64,000 bases of DNA from Squalus acanthias (Eukaryota), in contig CM059432.1 of the NCBI GenBank assembly GCA_030390025.1, forward strand, positions 20,772,001 to 20,836,000. Reading direction: 5' to 3'. The notes beneath the pieces were generated by a model. It searched no databases. It was not told the origin of the DNA and was given only the letters and a program-made list of their open reading frames with translations. This document shows, in pieces, positions 1 to 10,504 of this stretch (positions are counted from its first letter, which is position 1; each line of letters starts with the position of its first letter). Made by a program: the position numbers and the translations under genes.

Positions 1-1003
1 GCAACAATGTCCTGCAGATCTAGCCTCAAGAGAATGCCCTTTTGTCTTCCGACTGCACCAGTGTGGGGCACCAGTGGGACGTTTCATCTCCTCGATCAGT
101 CATCCCTATGCCCTGTCTTAAAATGTTGGTGAATTTAATATTGAAATAGCAGCCAGATTAGTGCTGTGGACCTGCATCCACTAGAAATTAAGTTGATGCT
201 GCCCCAGAATTTCATGTAGGTTACTTATGGCTAGCAGAGGAGAGGAGGGATGCTTTCATCCCGTCAGTCTGGGATAGCCAAGGTGAAAGGACAGCATTCT
301 TTCAACAAGTCCAGTCCCTCATAGTCAGGTATCCTTGCTTAAACATTGAGGGCAATTTTGACTTTAGACGTTAGTGTAAAACGCGCAATATCGGCTCGTT
401 GACGTCAATGGAAACGAATTTTGGGAGAGGTGTATGACGGGTGGCCGTGCCAATATTGCCCATTTTAATCTATCATCTACAATCAACATTACCCACACTA
501 GGTGATGGCATTGAGCATATATAGCATGAGAAGTTAAAATTAGTGAGCACAGTCTCAGGTTCCTTTTAATATAGCTTCCTATTAGATACATGCATTTGGC
601 TCTGCCGTGAGCTATCATCTTGTTTAATTTTAAGGTTATCTAGGGGAGAAAGATACTTAGGTTAAAATTACTTGTGTGAGGAAAACCATTTTTCTTTTAG
701 AACATTTACCCCAAGGTAATTTGAAATGATTTCATTCCAACACTGTCTTAGAGGTATAATAATTTTTGCAGTACCAATCAATTTTGATTATGCCTTTGGA
801 TGAGTGTCTAATTTCTTCATCTTGGGTTATGCCCTGTTCCAATATGGGTATAACCCATTACTTTCTTTAAAAGAAAATCCTTTCAGTTTTCTCCCCTTCT
901 TTGTTCTTAGTGGTGCTTTATCCATGGGTACATTTCAACAGGTGCCTTGTCCAAACAGTTCTTCTTCAAGTCCCATACTGGACAGTTATTCCAGTTCCTG
1001 TAT

Positions 1004-1536
1004 CTGGGGCTATTGGATTATCTGGACGCAGCGAATATAGGAAAATCGGGATATTGGGAATAGCACATGCCCATAAGGGAGCCCGCTTGATTTTTCATCC
1101 ATTTAAGTTAATAAAAGAAAGACTAGCATTTCTATAGCGCCTTTCACGACCACCGGACGTCTCAAAGCGCTTTACAGCCAATGAAGTACTTTTGAAGTGG
1201 AGCCACTGTTGTAATGTAGGAAACGCGGCAGCCAATTTGTGCACAGCAAGCTCCCACAAACAGCAATGTGATAATGACCAGATAATCTGTTTTTTTGTTA
1301 TGTTGGTTGAGGGATAAATATTGGCCAGGACACCAGGGATAACTCCCCTGCTCTTCTTCGAAATAGTGCCATGGACTCTTTTACATCCACCCGAGAGAGC
1401 AGACGGGGCCTTGGTTTAACATCTCATCCAAAAGACGGCACCTCCGACAGTTAATGGATGAAAAAGGTGGCAGGTTCTGTTGGGATGTATGCTCATCCCC
1501 ACCTGATCTTGCATATTCACTGCACCTAAGCCCCAG
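1004..1536. mobile_element. Hairpin (MITE-like) element split at its centre by a SINE
   Basis: Inverted arms: ctggggcta / aagccccag at the ends, gcagcgaatat / atattcactgc, and tttttcatccatt / aatggatgaaaaa next to the insert. The insert is flanked by the 7-bp duplication agttaat (1106-1112, 1449-1455). Confidence 0.7.
1113..1448 (-). mobile_element. Deu-domain SINE (SacSINE1/AmnSINE1-like), 5'-truncated
   Basis: Reverse complement matches the full copy at 14570-15036 (gtcggaggtgccgtcttttggatgagatgttaaacc ... aaaggcgctatagaaatgctagtcttt). 7-bp TSD. Confidence 0.85.
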
Positions 1537-1700
1537 GTACAGGAACAGGAAAGTCCTCCCCACAATCTCAATAGTCTATTTTACCATGGGGAACATCAAA
1601 GTCAAGTGTGATGCTGTCCTCATCTGAGATCCAGTCACTGGACAACAATCAAAAGTGGGAACTCGGGATGATTTTTCTCCTTCCTGTCCCAGGAGTGCTT

Positions 1701-2137
1701 AGAAAGAAAGATAGGCTTGCATTTATATAGCGCCTTTCATGACTGTCAGAATGTCGCAATAAAGTACTTTTGAAGTGTAGGAAACGTGACAGCCAATTTG
1801 CACACAGCAAGGTCCCACAAACAGCGACGAGATAATGACCAGATAATCTGTTTTATTGATGTTGGTTGATGGATAAATATTCAGCAGGATACCAGGGACA
1901 ACTCCTCTGCTCTTCTTTGATTAGTATCTTGGGATCATTTACATCCACCTGAGAGGCCAGAAAAGGCCCCGGTTTTAACATCTCATCTGAAAGATGGCAC
2001 CTCTGATAACGCAACACTCTCTCCGTACTGCACTGGAGTGTCAGCCTAAATTATGTGCTCAATTCTCTGAAGTGGGTCTTGAACTCACAGCCTTCTGTCT
2101 GTGAGGCAAGATTACTACTACTGAGCCACAGCTGACA
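1701..2137 (-). mobile_element. Deu-domain SINE, near full length, inserted in an older SINE-like repeat (approx. 1555-1700 and 2140-2185)
   Basis: The minus strand starts with a tRNA-like head (gtcagctgtggctcagtagtag), contains the Deu core and ends in an aaaggcgctatataaatgcaag tail. Confidence 0.85.
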
Positions 2138-2702
2138 CCCTAAGGCCAAATGTGAAGCTCCTAGCACCCCCTGTCTGAGACCATTACAGCATTGCAAAAA
2201 TCAAGAAGATCTGTGAGCTATCACTTTACATATTCACTGAGAATTCTCCGTTCCTTCCCCTCCTTCCCAACCCAGTCTCAGCATTACATTGTTAACTGCA
2301 TTAAAGTAATTCTAACTGAATGAATTGCTCCCAATGGACTTCTGAATGTCAAGGCTGTCATGCAGATTAGCTCATTCAATATACTGTACCATTGTGAGCT
2401 CACTTGTTGCAGTCTGTGCTTTCTTTGCGTGACTGCAAAACTAATCTCGAATAGGGAAAAGGATTTTCACCATAATGGGTGATAGATACTTCACAGACAG
2501 TGTGCCACGTGATAAATTCTTTGCTGCCTCAAAATTGAACTTTTCTTTGGTGGGTAATGGGAAAAATCCAAACTTCAAATGCCGGCTGAGTTGAAAGCAC
2601 TCTCCTCTGTGAATCAGAAGGTTGTGGAATCGAGTCCTACTCAATTATTTGAGCACATAATCAGAATTCACACTGCAATACAGAATGGAGGGAAATCTGC
2701 AT

Positions 2703-3082
2703 TAAGAACATAAGAACATAAGAACATAAGAAATAGGAGCAGGAGTAGGCCATACGGCCCCTCGAGCCTGCTCCGCCATTCAATAAGATCATGGCTGATC
2801 ATCGACCTCAACTCCACTTTCCCGCCCGATCTCCATATCCCTTGATACCCCATGAGTCCAAAAATCTATCTATCTCAGCCTTGAATATACTCAAAGACTC
2901 AGCAATCACAGCCCTCTGGGACAGAGAATTCCAAAGATTCACAACCCTCTGAGTGAAGAAATTCCTCCTCATCTCGGTCTTAAATGGCCATAACCTTATC
3001 CTGAGACTATGCCCCCTAGTTCTAGACACTCCAGCCAGGGGAAACAACCCCTCAGCATCTACCCTGTCAATACCCTTCAGAA
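2703..3082 (-). mobile_element. HER1/CR1 LINE 3' end
   Basis: ORF 2808..3194 contains ILKGIDRVDAEGLFPLAGVSRTRGHSLRIR...RNFFTQRVVNLWNSL (CR1 ORF2 C-terminus). 8-bp tail repeat (taagaaca)n at 2703-2730. Confidence 0.9.
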
Positions 3083-3204
3083 TTGTTGGTCCTTCACATG
3101 AAGCATCAAACCAAGGACTCACTTGCCTGCTCAAACGGATGTTAAAAATTTTATGGCATGGTTTCCTACATTTAAAAAGAGTCACTATATTCACAGTAAT
3201 TTTT

Positions 3205-3928
3205 TATAATTCATTCTCGGGATATGGGTGTTGCTAGCAAGGCCAGCATTTAGTGCCCATCCCTAGTTGCCCTTGAGAAGGTGATGGTGGGCCTTCTACT
3301 TGAACCGCTGCAGTCCATGTGGTGCAGGTACTCCGGCAATGCTTTTAGATAGGGATTTCCAGGATTTTGACCCAGCGACGATAAAGAAATGATGACATAT
3401 GTTCAAGTTGCTATGATGTGTGACCATGGCTACAAGAGCAGGACAGTGACTGGATACTCTGTGACAAGTGGCTCATCTACTGACCCTTCAAGAACTTTCA
3501 AGAAGCTCAACATCCTCCAACACAGGGCAGTTTGCTTGATCGATGCAATGCCACTGGATTCAATATCCACCGCAATCATCACCAGAGCAGTGGCTACAGT
3601 AGATAGAATCTGCTGTATGCACTGCAGCAACTACCAAGATTACTTTGACAACTCCTCACCTTGTGGCCTCCACTACCAAGTAGGATAAGGGCAGCAATGT
3701 CATGGGTACACCCTCACCCCCAGGTCACAGACCATCCTGACTTGGACATAAATCACTCTTACAACATCATGGCTAGGTCAATATCCAGGAATTCCCTACC
3801 TAACACCATTGTGAGAGTACCATCACCACAAGGACTGCACTAGTTCAAGGAGAAGGGACATCCAAGGTTGGGCAATAAATGCAACATCGCCAGTGTTGCC
3901 CAATGTTCCAAGAACAAATAGAAAAAAG
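3205..3928. mobile_element. Two head-to-head 3' fragments of one non-LTR LINE family (minus approx. 3205-3430, plus approx. 3470-3928); clade unassigned, L2/Crack-like group
   Basis: The plus fragment translates TFKKLNILQHRAVCLI...MHCSN and ends gggcaataaatgc. The minus fragment carries the complement of the same 3' end (gcatttagtgcccatccctagttgcccttgagaagg). Another copy lies at 12835-13155. Confidence 0.7.
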
Positions 3929-3994
3929 ACCACCGGTTCAGCTTAACAAGGCGGACAGTTTACACTATGAAAAAAGATAAATAATTTCACTAAT

Positions 3995-4745
3995 AAACTT
4001 CCTCAACTTTTTTGAGGAAGTGACAGTCTAAGCTGAATGTGGGAAACCTTACGCCGTGGTATGCCTAGATTTCCAAAAGGCATTTGACAAAGCTCCACAC
4101 AAAGGCTATCAATTAACAACAACTTGTATTTATATAGCGCCTTTAAAATAGTAAAACATCCCAAGGCACTTCACAGGAGCATTATAAAACAAATTTGACA
4201 CCGAGCCACATAAGGAGATATTAGGGCAGATGACATAGGTATTAAGGAGCGTCTTAAAGGAGGAAAGAGAGGTAGAGAGGCGGAGAGGTTTAGGAAGGGA
4301 ATTCCAGAGCTTAGGGCCTTGGCAGATGAAGGCACGGCCACCAATGGTGGAGCAATTGAAATTGGGGATGCTCAAGAGGCCACAATTAGAGGAGGGTTGT
4401 GGGACTGGAGGATTTTACAGAGATAGGGAGGAGCGAGGTCATGGAGAGAATTGAAAACAAATTTAGACTTAAAGCTATAAAGATTCAGAGTTAATCTTGG
4501 AGCTGGATAATAAAATGGCTGAAGAGTAGAAAACAACAAGTGTTTGTTAGAGGAGTTTGATGGGGAAAGTTCTGAGTGGGACCCCCACAAGCCCAAGGCT
4601 CAGCTTTGGAACCGCTACTGTTTCTAATTTACATCATGACTTGGATTGAGAAACTCAGTGTGAATTAGACATAACACCAAACTTGGAAGAGCAGCGGAAC
4701 TGAAGGAGGCAGTTCAGAAATTGCACAAGGAATTGGACAAAATCG
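3995..4745 (+). mobile_element. Degraded CR1 reverse transcriptase fragment, interrupted by an L2 tail
   Basis: gtggtatgcctagatttccaaaaggcatttgacaaagctccacac (V-x-LDFQKAFDK) at approx. 4056-4100. It resumes at approx. 4480 with WIIKWL...GPPQ-like sequence. Confidence 0.65.
4113..4460 (-). mobile_element. L2-clade LINE 3' end
   Basis: ORF 4130..4375 (STIGGRAFICQGPKLWNSLPKPLRLSTSLSSFKTLL) and a (ttg)n tail. Same family as 57640-58474. Confidence 0.85.
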
Positions 4746-5149
4746 ATCCTGATTGTTACATCAGATAGCATCAGCCCATGCTGCAGCACGGACTCCACTG
4801 GGGTTTGTGGGGTCAGCGTGAGGACATCTCATTTGCATGTGACTTGTAGGCACCTGTGCTACTATAGGCATAGCTGCCAAAAAATCTGGTGCCTGCCTGC
4901 CATTGCCTGGAAAGTACTTTGGGATGTCTTGACAATGTGAAAGGTGCTCTATAAATGCAACTTCTTTCATTTTTTTTAATGTTGTTGCAGCTTTGTATGT
5001 AACTTTGGTTTGGCTTGCATGGAAGCAATTAGTAATAGCCTTTGCACAAAAAACCTTTAAGGAATTATCAATGCGTTTTAACAAAACATTTATCGAAGAT
5101 TTATCACTACATACAAACAGTATGGTGTATAGTGAAAAGTTTATTTTTG

Positions 5150-7680
5150 TTACAAATAAAATATTACATTGATATGAATAGGGAAAGTATGTTTCTTTAA
5201 ATGTCAGATGCAGAAAATTGAGCATCATTTTTAACGAGGTGCCATGGCTTTGATTCATGCGATGCATTCTGGGAAGAATCATGCCATTACGACCAACTTA
5301 ACAAAGTTGTCTATAATGATCTGATTCTTCTTTCTTCCTTTATAACTAACTGTTTTCGCAGCTGTACTGCAAAGCATTTTAGAGAATATTATACCATAAA
5401 CATTGTTCAGCTATATACTTGAAGACATAGTGAGGCCATTGTTCCCAAAATACATTGCATCAAAGAAAAGTAATGGCCTTCGAATGGTGTGAAAAATGCA
5501 ACGTTCCAAGTTGGATTTCTCTGCAACATGACACCACGTATTCTACATACTTGGCTCTTGATTTTGTTTTCCTTAATAAACTGTTGATTTCAGAAAAAAA
5601 AAGTATATGGCAGAGATCCATCTTAGACTTTTACAGCGAGTCTGTTTATTCAGATCCAATCTCCATTCGCAGCTTATTCAGATAAGAGAACATAATGTGA
5701 ATAGGATACATTTGGTAACATTCATGAGGCAGGTGGTACATTTCAGACTGGATTTAAGGATGAGAAGAGGTCATTCAGTCCCTCCAACCAGCACTGCCAA
5801 TGAAGGTCCTCTCTTACAACCTGAATTGTTTACTTCTCATTTCCTTTTTTGTCCTGTGCCAAGCCAATACCATCTACAAATGCATTGAGTGAATCCTTCA
5901 CATCGCTCTGCACAAAAGAAGACTGTGGACAAGGTTTGGATCCAGTTATTTTGGCTCTGGAACCTGTAACATATGTAGAGGTCAATGAAACATCTGTTAT
6001 GAAGAAATTGAAAGAATTAAATGTTTTGAGGTCATCTGGACAAAGCATGAATTCTTATATATGCTTCACAGCGTGTTAGTGTCACTTTCTAGAACTTATT
6101 TTCTGTTGACCTTGCACAATCTAAGATTTTTTTTGTTTATCTAACCATTGGTATACAACAACAACTTGGATTAATATAGTTCCATTCTATAACACAGACA
6201 ATATCTGAAGACATTTTAGAGAAGGGGGAGAAAAAATAGGAATAGAGAACAGAACAGATGCCGACCCTTGGAGGGAGAGAATAGGAAGGGCAACTGATGG
6301 CTTATTTGAAAAGATTTCTAAATGTGGAGAGAAGAGAAAAGGAGAGGCAGAGAATGGGCAGAGGCACTGAGGGCTCTGTCACCATTGGCGAGGTAAAGGG
6401 AGAGGAGATGCACAAAAGACCAGAGTTGGAGGACCGAAGGATACGGGGTAGGACACAAGGCTGGAGAAGGTTGCAGAGATATGATGGGTCAAGGCCATGG
6501 AGGGATTTAAACCTAAGGAAGAGGATTTTAAATGTAATACTCTGCTAAGATACCTCAATCGTTGCCTTAGAGATGATGCCATTAAAATGCATTGTGATAT
6601 TTCTAATTTATTCTTTTTAACCACACTCATAAGAACATATGGAATAAGAAATGATCCAGCTATGCAAACCTGCTCCTTCCACGCAGCATCTACCCTATGA
6701 TGGACTCTACCTCAGCTATTTAAAGTACTGAAGGAAAGTTCTGAATAAATACTACCTGATCCCCAAGGATAGTCAAGCAAAACTGCAGAATAAACAATCC
6801 ATCTTGTCACGATTATTAAACCTTGGCCTGATGCCCTCCACAGACATGTTTCTGTCTGAGCAGATTGCTGAATGAATGTCACTGAAGACCTGGATCTGAG
6901 TACAGTACAGTTTTTGTTGTATCCAAATGATAAGATGAGTAGTGATCAATAAAGCACTGATGTGCAAGATCGCTGGCTCCAGACACTTCACGGTGAAAAC
7001 AATATTGCCACTGATACTGGAGAATCTACAGGCATAGAATGCCTCCACAGATTTTGTATCCAAATGTTGCTGAGATAACAACAACCCTTTGAGTATTGAA
7101 TTTGCTTTGCTGCTTTCAAATGCCCTTGTGTTTTCAAAAATATAATGCTCCAAAAGTGCCTTTCTGTAAATGTTTAATGATCTCTATGAAGAATGGAAAG
7201 TCCACAGTCACAGGACATTCAGTCCCGTAACTTCTGAATAAATCTTTTTTTCTTATCCGTTTTGTTTGCTGCTTTTCCCATCCACTTCCTTGGGTTCTCC
7301 ACTGCAATGTACCATTCTCCTGACCGAAGAGATGGCTGTACCAAATTAGATCAATCCCAAGTATGCGGATGACATCAGTAGATGTCAACTTGCATTTTTT
7401 TTTCCTTTTTTCAATCTCCATCTGTGGGAAATGGGTTCAATGAAATTGAAGATAAACCAATCAATTTATAAGATCGCTGGGTCTTTAATCCTATTCAGAT
7501 CACTTTTTCAGCAGCACCTGTTCAAAATTTGTTGATCTTCTACATTGGGAGTGTCCAAGTATTTGGAGAGGTGGGCTGGATCTGCATGGCATGACCATTT
7601 AGTGGGCGACATATTATTAAAACACTTCTGAGTCAAGCAGAATCATGATTGAACACCATCATTTTCAATAAGCATTTTCA
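5150..7680 (-). pseudogene. Decayed coding-like fossil, tentatively KDZ/CxC-type transposase related (interrupted at approx. 6155-6540)
   Basis: Long near-open minus-strand frames broken by stops and frameshifts, e.g. KDLFRSYGTECPVTVDFPFFIEIIKHLQKGTFGALYF/ENTRAF...SVEAFYAC...VKCLEPAILHISA and MSSSI*LNNVYGIIFSKM...QIIIDNFVKL. The family assignment is by motif spacing from memory only. Confidence 0.35.
6155..6540 (-). mobile_element. Old, diverged L2 3' end
   Basis: Starts acaacaacaacttggattaatatag and parallels 4113-4460 (ggagaaggttgcagagat...aaggccatggagggatttaaa). Confidence 0.7.
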
Positions 7681-7860
7681 AAATCCGAGCCCCATATACT
7701 AAAAATCTATATTCCTCATGTACTAAAAATCCAAGCCACCAATATGTAAACAATTAATGCACCCATACACTAAAAATCTCTTCCGCCGTATACTAAAAAT
7801 TCCATCCCCTCATACATTGAATATCTAAGCACACATAAACATCAAACATCTACCCTCTCT
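7680..7860. repeat. Degenerate tandem repeat, unit approx. 22-24 bp, 7-8 copies
   Basis: Recurrent cc(c/t)cata(t/c)actaaaaatc core at regular spacing. Confidence 0.75.
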
Positions 7861-9328
7861 GCCGCCCACCCCCTCCACAACAAACACTAAAAAGCAAGGC
7901 CTAGAGATTCCAGGATGCTGAAAACCTGCTGGTGCCACCGCGGGTCGCAGTTAATGGCCGCCCAAATTCATAGCGCAGGCAGCAACGGTATTTTGGTGCT
8001 GCCTGCTAATTTAAATTAGCGCAGCGTTAAACTTACCTATAGCAGGAGGCCCAATGTGGCATGGCCCTGGTGTCCCTGGAGCAAGAACAGCGTTATCTTA
8101 AAGCAAGCCTGTAATTTTACAAAGCATTGTCAGTCCCTTAAAGGGGGAGCTGCCTTCTAAAATGAAAAAAATAAAAATCATTTAAAAATGGCACTTGGAG
8201 CTCAACTGCCTTCTGAAAAAAAAAATCATACCCAAATGGTAGTCTTCAGCTCTTAAAGCTGAATTGCCTTCCGCACCTAAAAAAAATGGTAAAAGTGCTT
8301 CAGCACTAACACAAATGGCTCAACAAGCCAGGGAAGGGACACCCAAGGTCTTGCATGCAGCACTCCAGCTTTGTGCAGGGAGTCAACACTGCAAGAGAGA
8401 TCCCCTACCCACAGGGACCAGGAGGCCCTCCAGAAAGAAGGATGTGGGACCAGATCACCAAGGCCGTCACTGCCAGCAGTGTCGCCCCCACGACCTGGCT
8501 CCAGTGCATGACCCCCACCCCCCCATCACTCACCTACCAACAATCTGTACCAAATACAAGGCACTCCTCCCATTCCTAGCTTCATCTCACCCCCTTGGAG
8601 GAGACGGTGCTGGCCATTCTTGGCAGGGACGTGGCTGAGCCCTTGGACAGCGGCGGGGCCGAAAGGATACAAGATGCTGGTGTCCTCATACGGTGTCACA
8701 TCCCACTTCCCCCTCATCCCACAACATCTTCCGATTTACAAGGAGCGCATGGTGTAAGCATGCACCTCTTGCTTTCCCGTCCTCCCCTCACACCAAGTCT
8801 ACCCTTGTGCCTTCCTCTTTCACACACCCAAGAAATCCAGCCTGCCCAGCCAGTGGTTGACCGAGAAGAGGTAGATGAGAGTGAAGAAGAAGAAACACCG
8901 TCACTCCATTTCACACTCCCAGCCACCAGCACCTCAAGGTCATCCTGCAAGGCCATCTGCAGTGTTCCCCACTGAAAGTCAGCAGCCTTCCACCAGCCAT
9001 GACCCAGTAGCACTGCATAACATCACTAAGATTGGCAAAGGCACACACAGGACAGTCATTAAGGGAATGCACAAGGGTGGTTAGTTGATTTCTTGATGTC
9101 ATAATTGATGGATCGATGTATAAAGTTGGATTGGAATGTTTGCTTTGTGGTGGCTTTTATTTCAACATTGTGGCCAAGAGGACACTGTGATGGTCAGTAA
9201 CAGAGGGAAGATAAAGTGTGGGACAAATGTTGAAAGGGGAATTGGGGCTGTGGTCACTGGTACCGCAGGCGGATGATTGCATCCCTGATATCCCAGCCAG
9301 AAAGGGGCTGGCTGAGTTGCATCCTTCC

Positions 9329-9448
9329 TTCCGCTTCCTCCTCTTCCGCTTCCTCCTCTTCCGCTTCCTCCTCTTCCGCTTCCTCCTCTTCCGCTTCCTC
9401 CTCTTCTGCTTCCTCCTCTTCTGCTTCCTCCTCTTCTGCATCTTCCTC
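9329..9448. repeat. 15-bp minisatellite (ttccgcttcctcctc)x8
   Basis: Directly visible. Reads EEEEA on the minus strand, in frame with the transposase-like tail. Confidence 0.95.
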
Positions 9449-9453
9449 TTCCC

Positions 9454-9604
9454 TCTGCGAGTGGATGCTGGAAATCTGAAATAAAAGCAGAAAATGTGAA
9501 AATACTCAGCAGTTCAAGCAGCATCTCGACCTGAGACGTGAACTCTGTTTTTCTCTCCACGGATGTTGCCTGACCTGCTGAGTATTCACAGCATGTTCTG
9601 TCTT
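9454..9604. mobile_element. Miniature inverted-repeat insert derived from the Penelope-like terminus
   Basis: ggatgctggaaatctgaaataaaagcagaaaatg...ctcagcag matches 32916-32970. The right half (gttgcctgacctgctgagtattcacagcatgttctg) is its complement. Possible TSD tcttccc (9447-9453, 9601-9607). Confidence 0.75.
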
Positions 9605-10100
9605 CCCAGAGGCCTTCCTTTACCATCCGAAGCCTTGCAAGCATCCCTGCACTCGTTAAAAACTTTTAACATCTTTTGGACCAAGCCACTACTTCAATAA
9701 AATATAACAAAAAAAGTCCAAAAACTTAAATGCAAAAACTTATCTGAAAGATGTGTGTGTCCCTTTAAGTAGTGCTGACAGCGTCTCTGTAGGTCTGCTC
9801 CATGCACATTTTTCTGAGCGTGCTTTGGACCCAGCGTTAAAGTCAGCAAAGAGGTGGAATTTTGCAGATGTGGTGTCAAGTCGGCGTTGCATGCCAACTG
9901 ACGTCACGCTCTGCTGATATGCATTTCTTGGGCAGCGCTGCTAATGGCAGCGCTATGGTCCTCACTAAGATGCCGGCCGCCGAGTCCCGCACCAGAGGCG
10001 GGCGGAAGTGAGGCAGCCGCCATTTCTTTTTCAGAAACAGGCCTCAACGGAGAGCGATAAGTCTGCAAATTTCTAGGCCCAAGTCTCTTAATGCTCAAGA

Positions 10101-10504
10101 GAGCCAATTTTAACTGGGGGCGAGTGGCGAGAATGGGGCTGGTGGAGCATACTCAGGCTCATCCTGGCTCTCAGATGTGAGGCCTGAGTCATTTTAACTC
10201 CCAGGACTTGTTTAAGTATGCCAAGCCTGACTCCAACCCAAACTCGGCATCAATCACGGCCATGTTGGCAGGCGGGAGTCGGACGTGTGTGACCCAGCAG
10301 TCAGATAAGTGGCGATGCATGGTGGGGGGCGGGGTGGTAAACAATCGTGGTCGTGGAGCCCGGAGGAGCACTTTTCCGTCCTCTTCTGGTCATGCTGCTC
10401 CTTCGCGTCCGATGCTTCTGGTGAATGAGTCTTGTAAGGATTTTAACCCCCCTCGCCACCACGCGTCTCATTTTCATTGGGTATGGGGGTGTTAAAGTTG
10501 GGGC
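10101..10504. mobile_element. Degenerate MITE-like element
   Basis: Imperfect termini gccaattttaac / gttaaagttgg, internal repeated attttaac motifs, GC-rich interior. Confidence 0.45.

Larger units (their letters stand above)
7898..10079. mobile_element. Non-autonomous PIF/Harbinger-type DNA transposon with Myb/SANT-like ORF remnant (+) and transposase C-terminal remnant (-)
   Basis: TIRs ggcctagagatt (7898) / aatttctaggcc (10079) and 3-bp TSD caa (7895-7897, 10080-10082). Plus-strand frameshifted VQGVNTAREI..RRPSRKK..MWDQITKAVTASSVAPTTWLQC. Minus-strand (EEEEA)n-GRMQLSQPLSGWDIRDAIIRLRYQ* with stop at 9254-9256. Confidence 0.8.

Noticed and set aside
4761..5282. 173-aa minus-strand ORF
   Set aside because: It runs through AT-rich sequence and a SINE tail (approx. 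4905-4975) with no recognisable protein. At most its first codons overlap the decayed fossil.
9157..9644. Protamine-like (KRRKR)n, (RGGSG)n and (SSSSA)n ORFs
   Set aside because: These are alternative frames of one 15-bp tandem repeat inside a transposon remnant.
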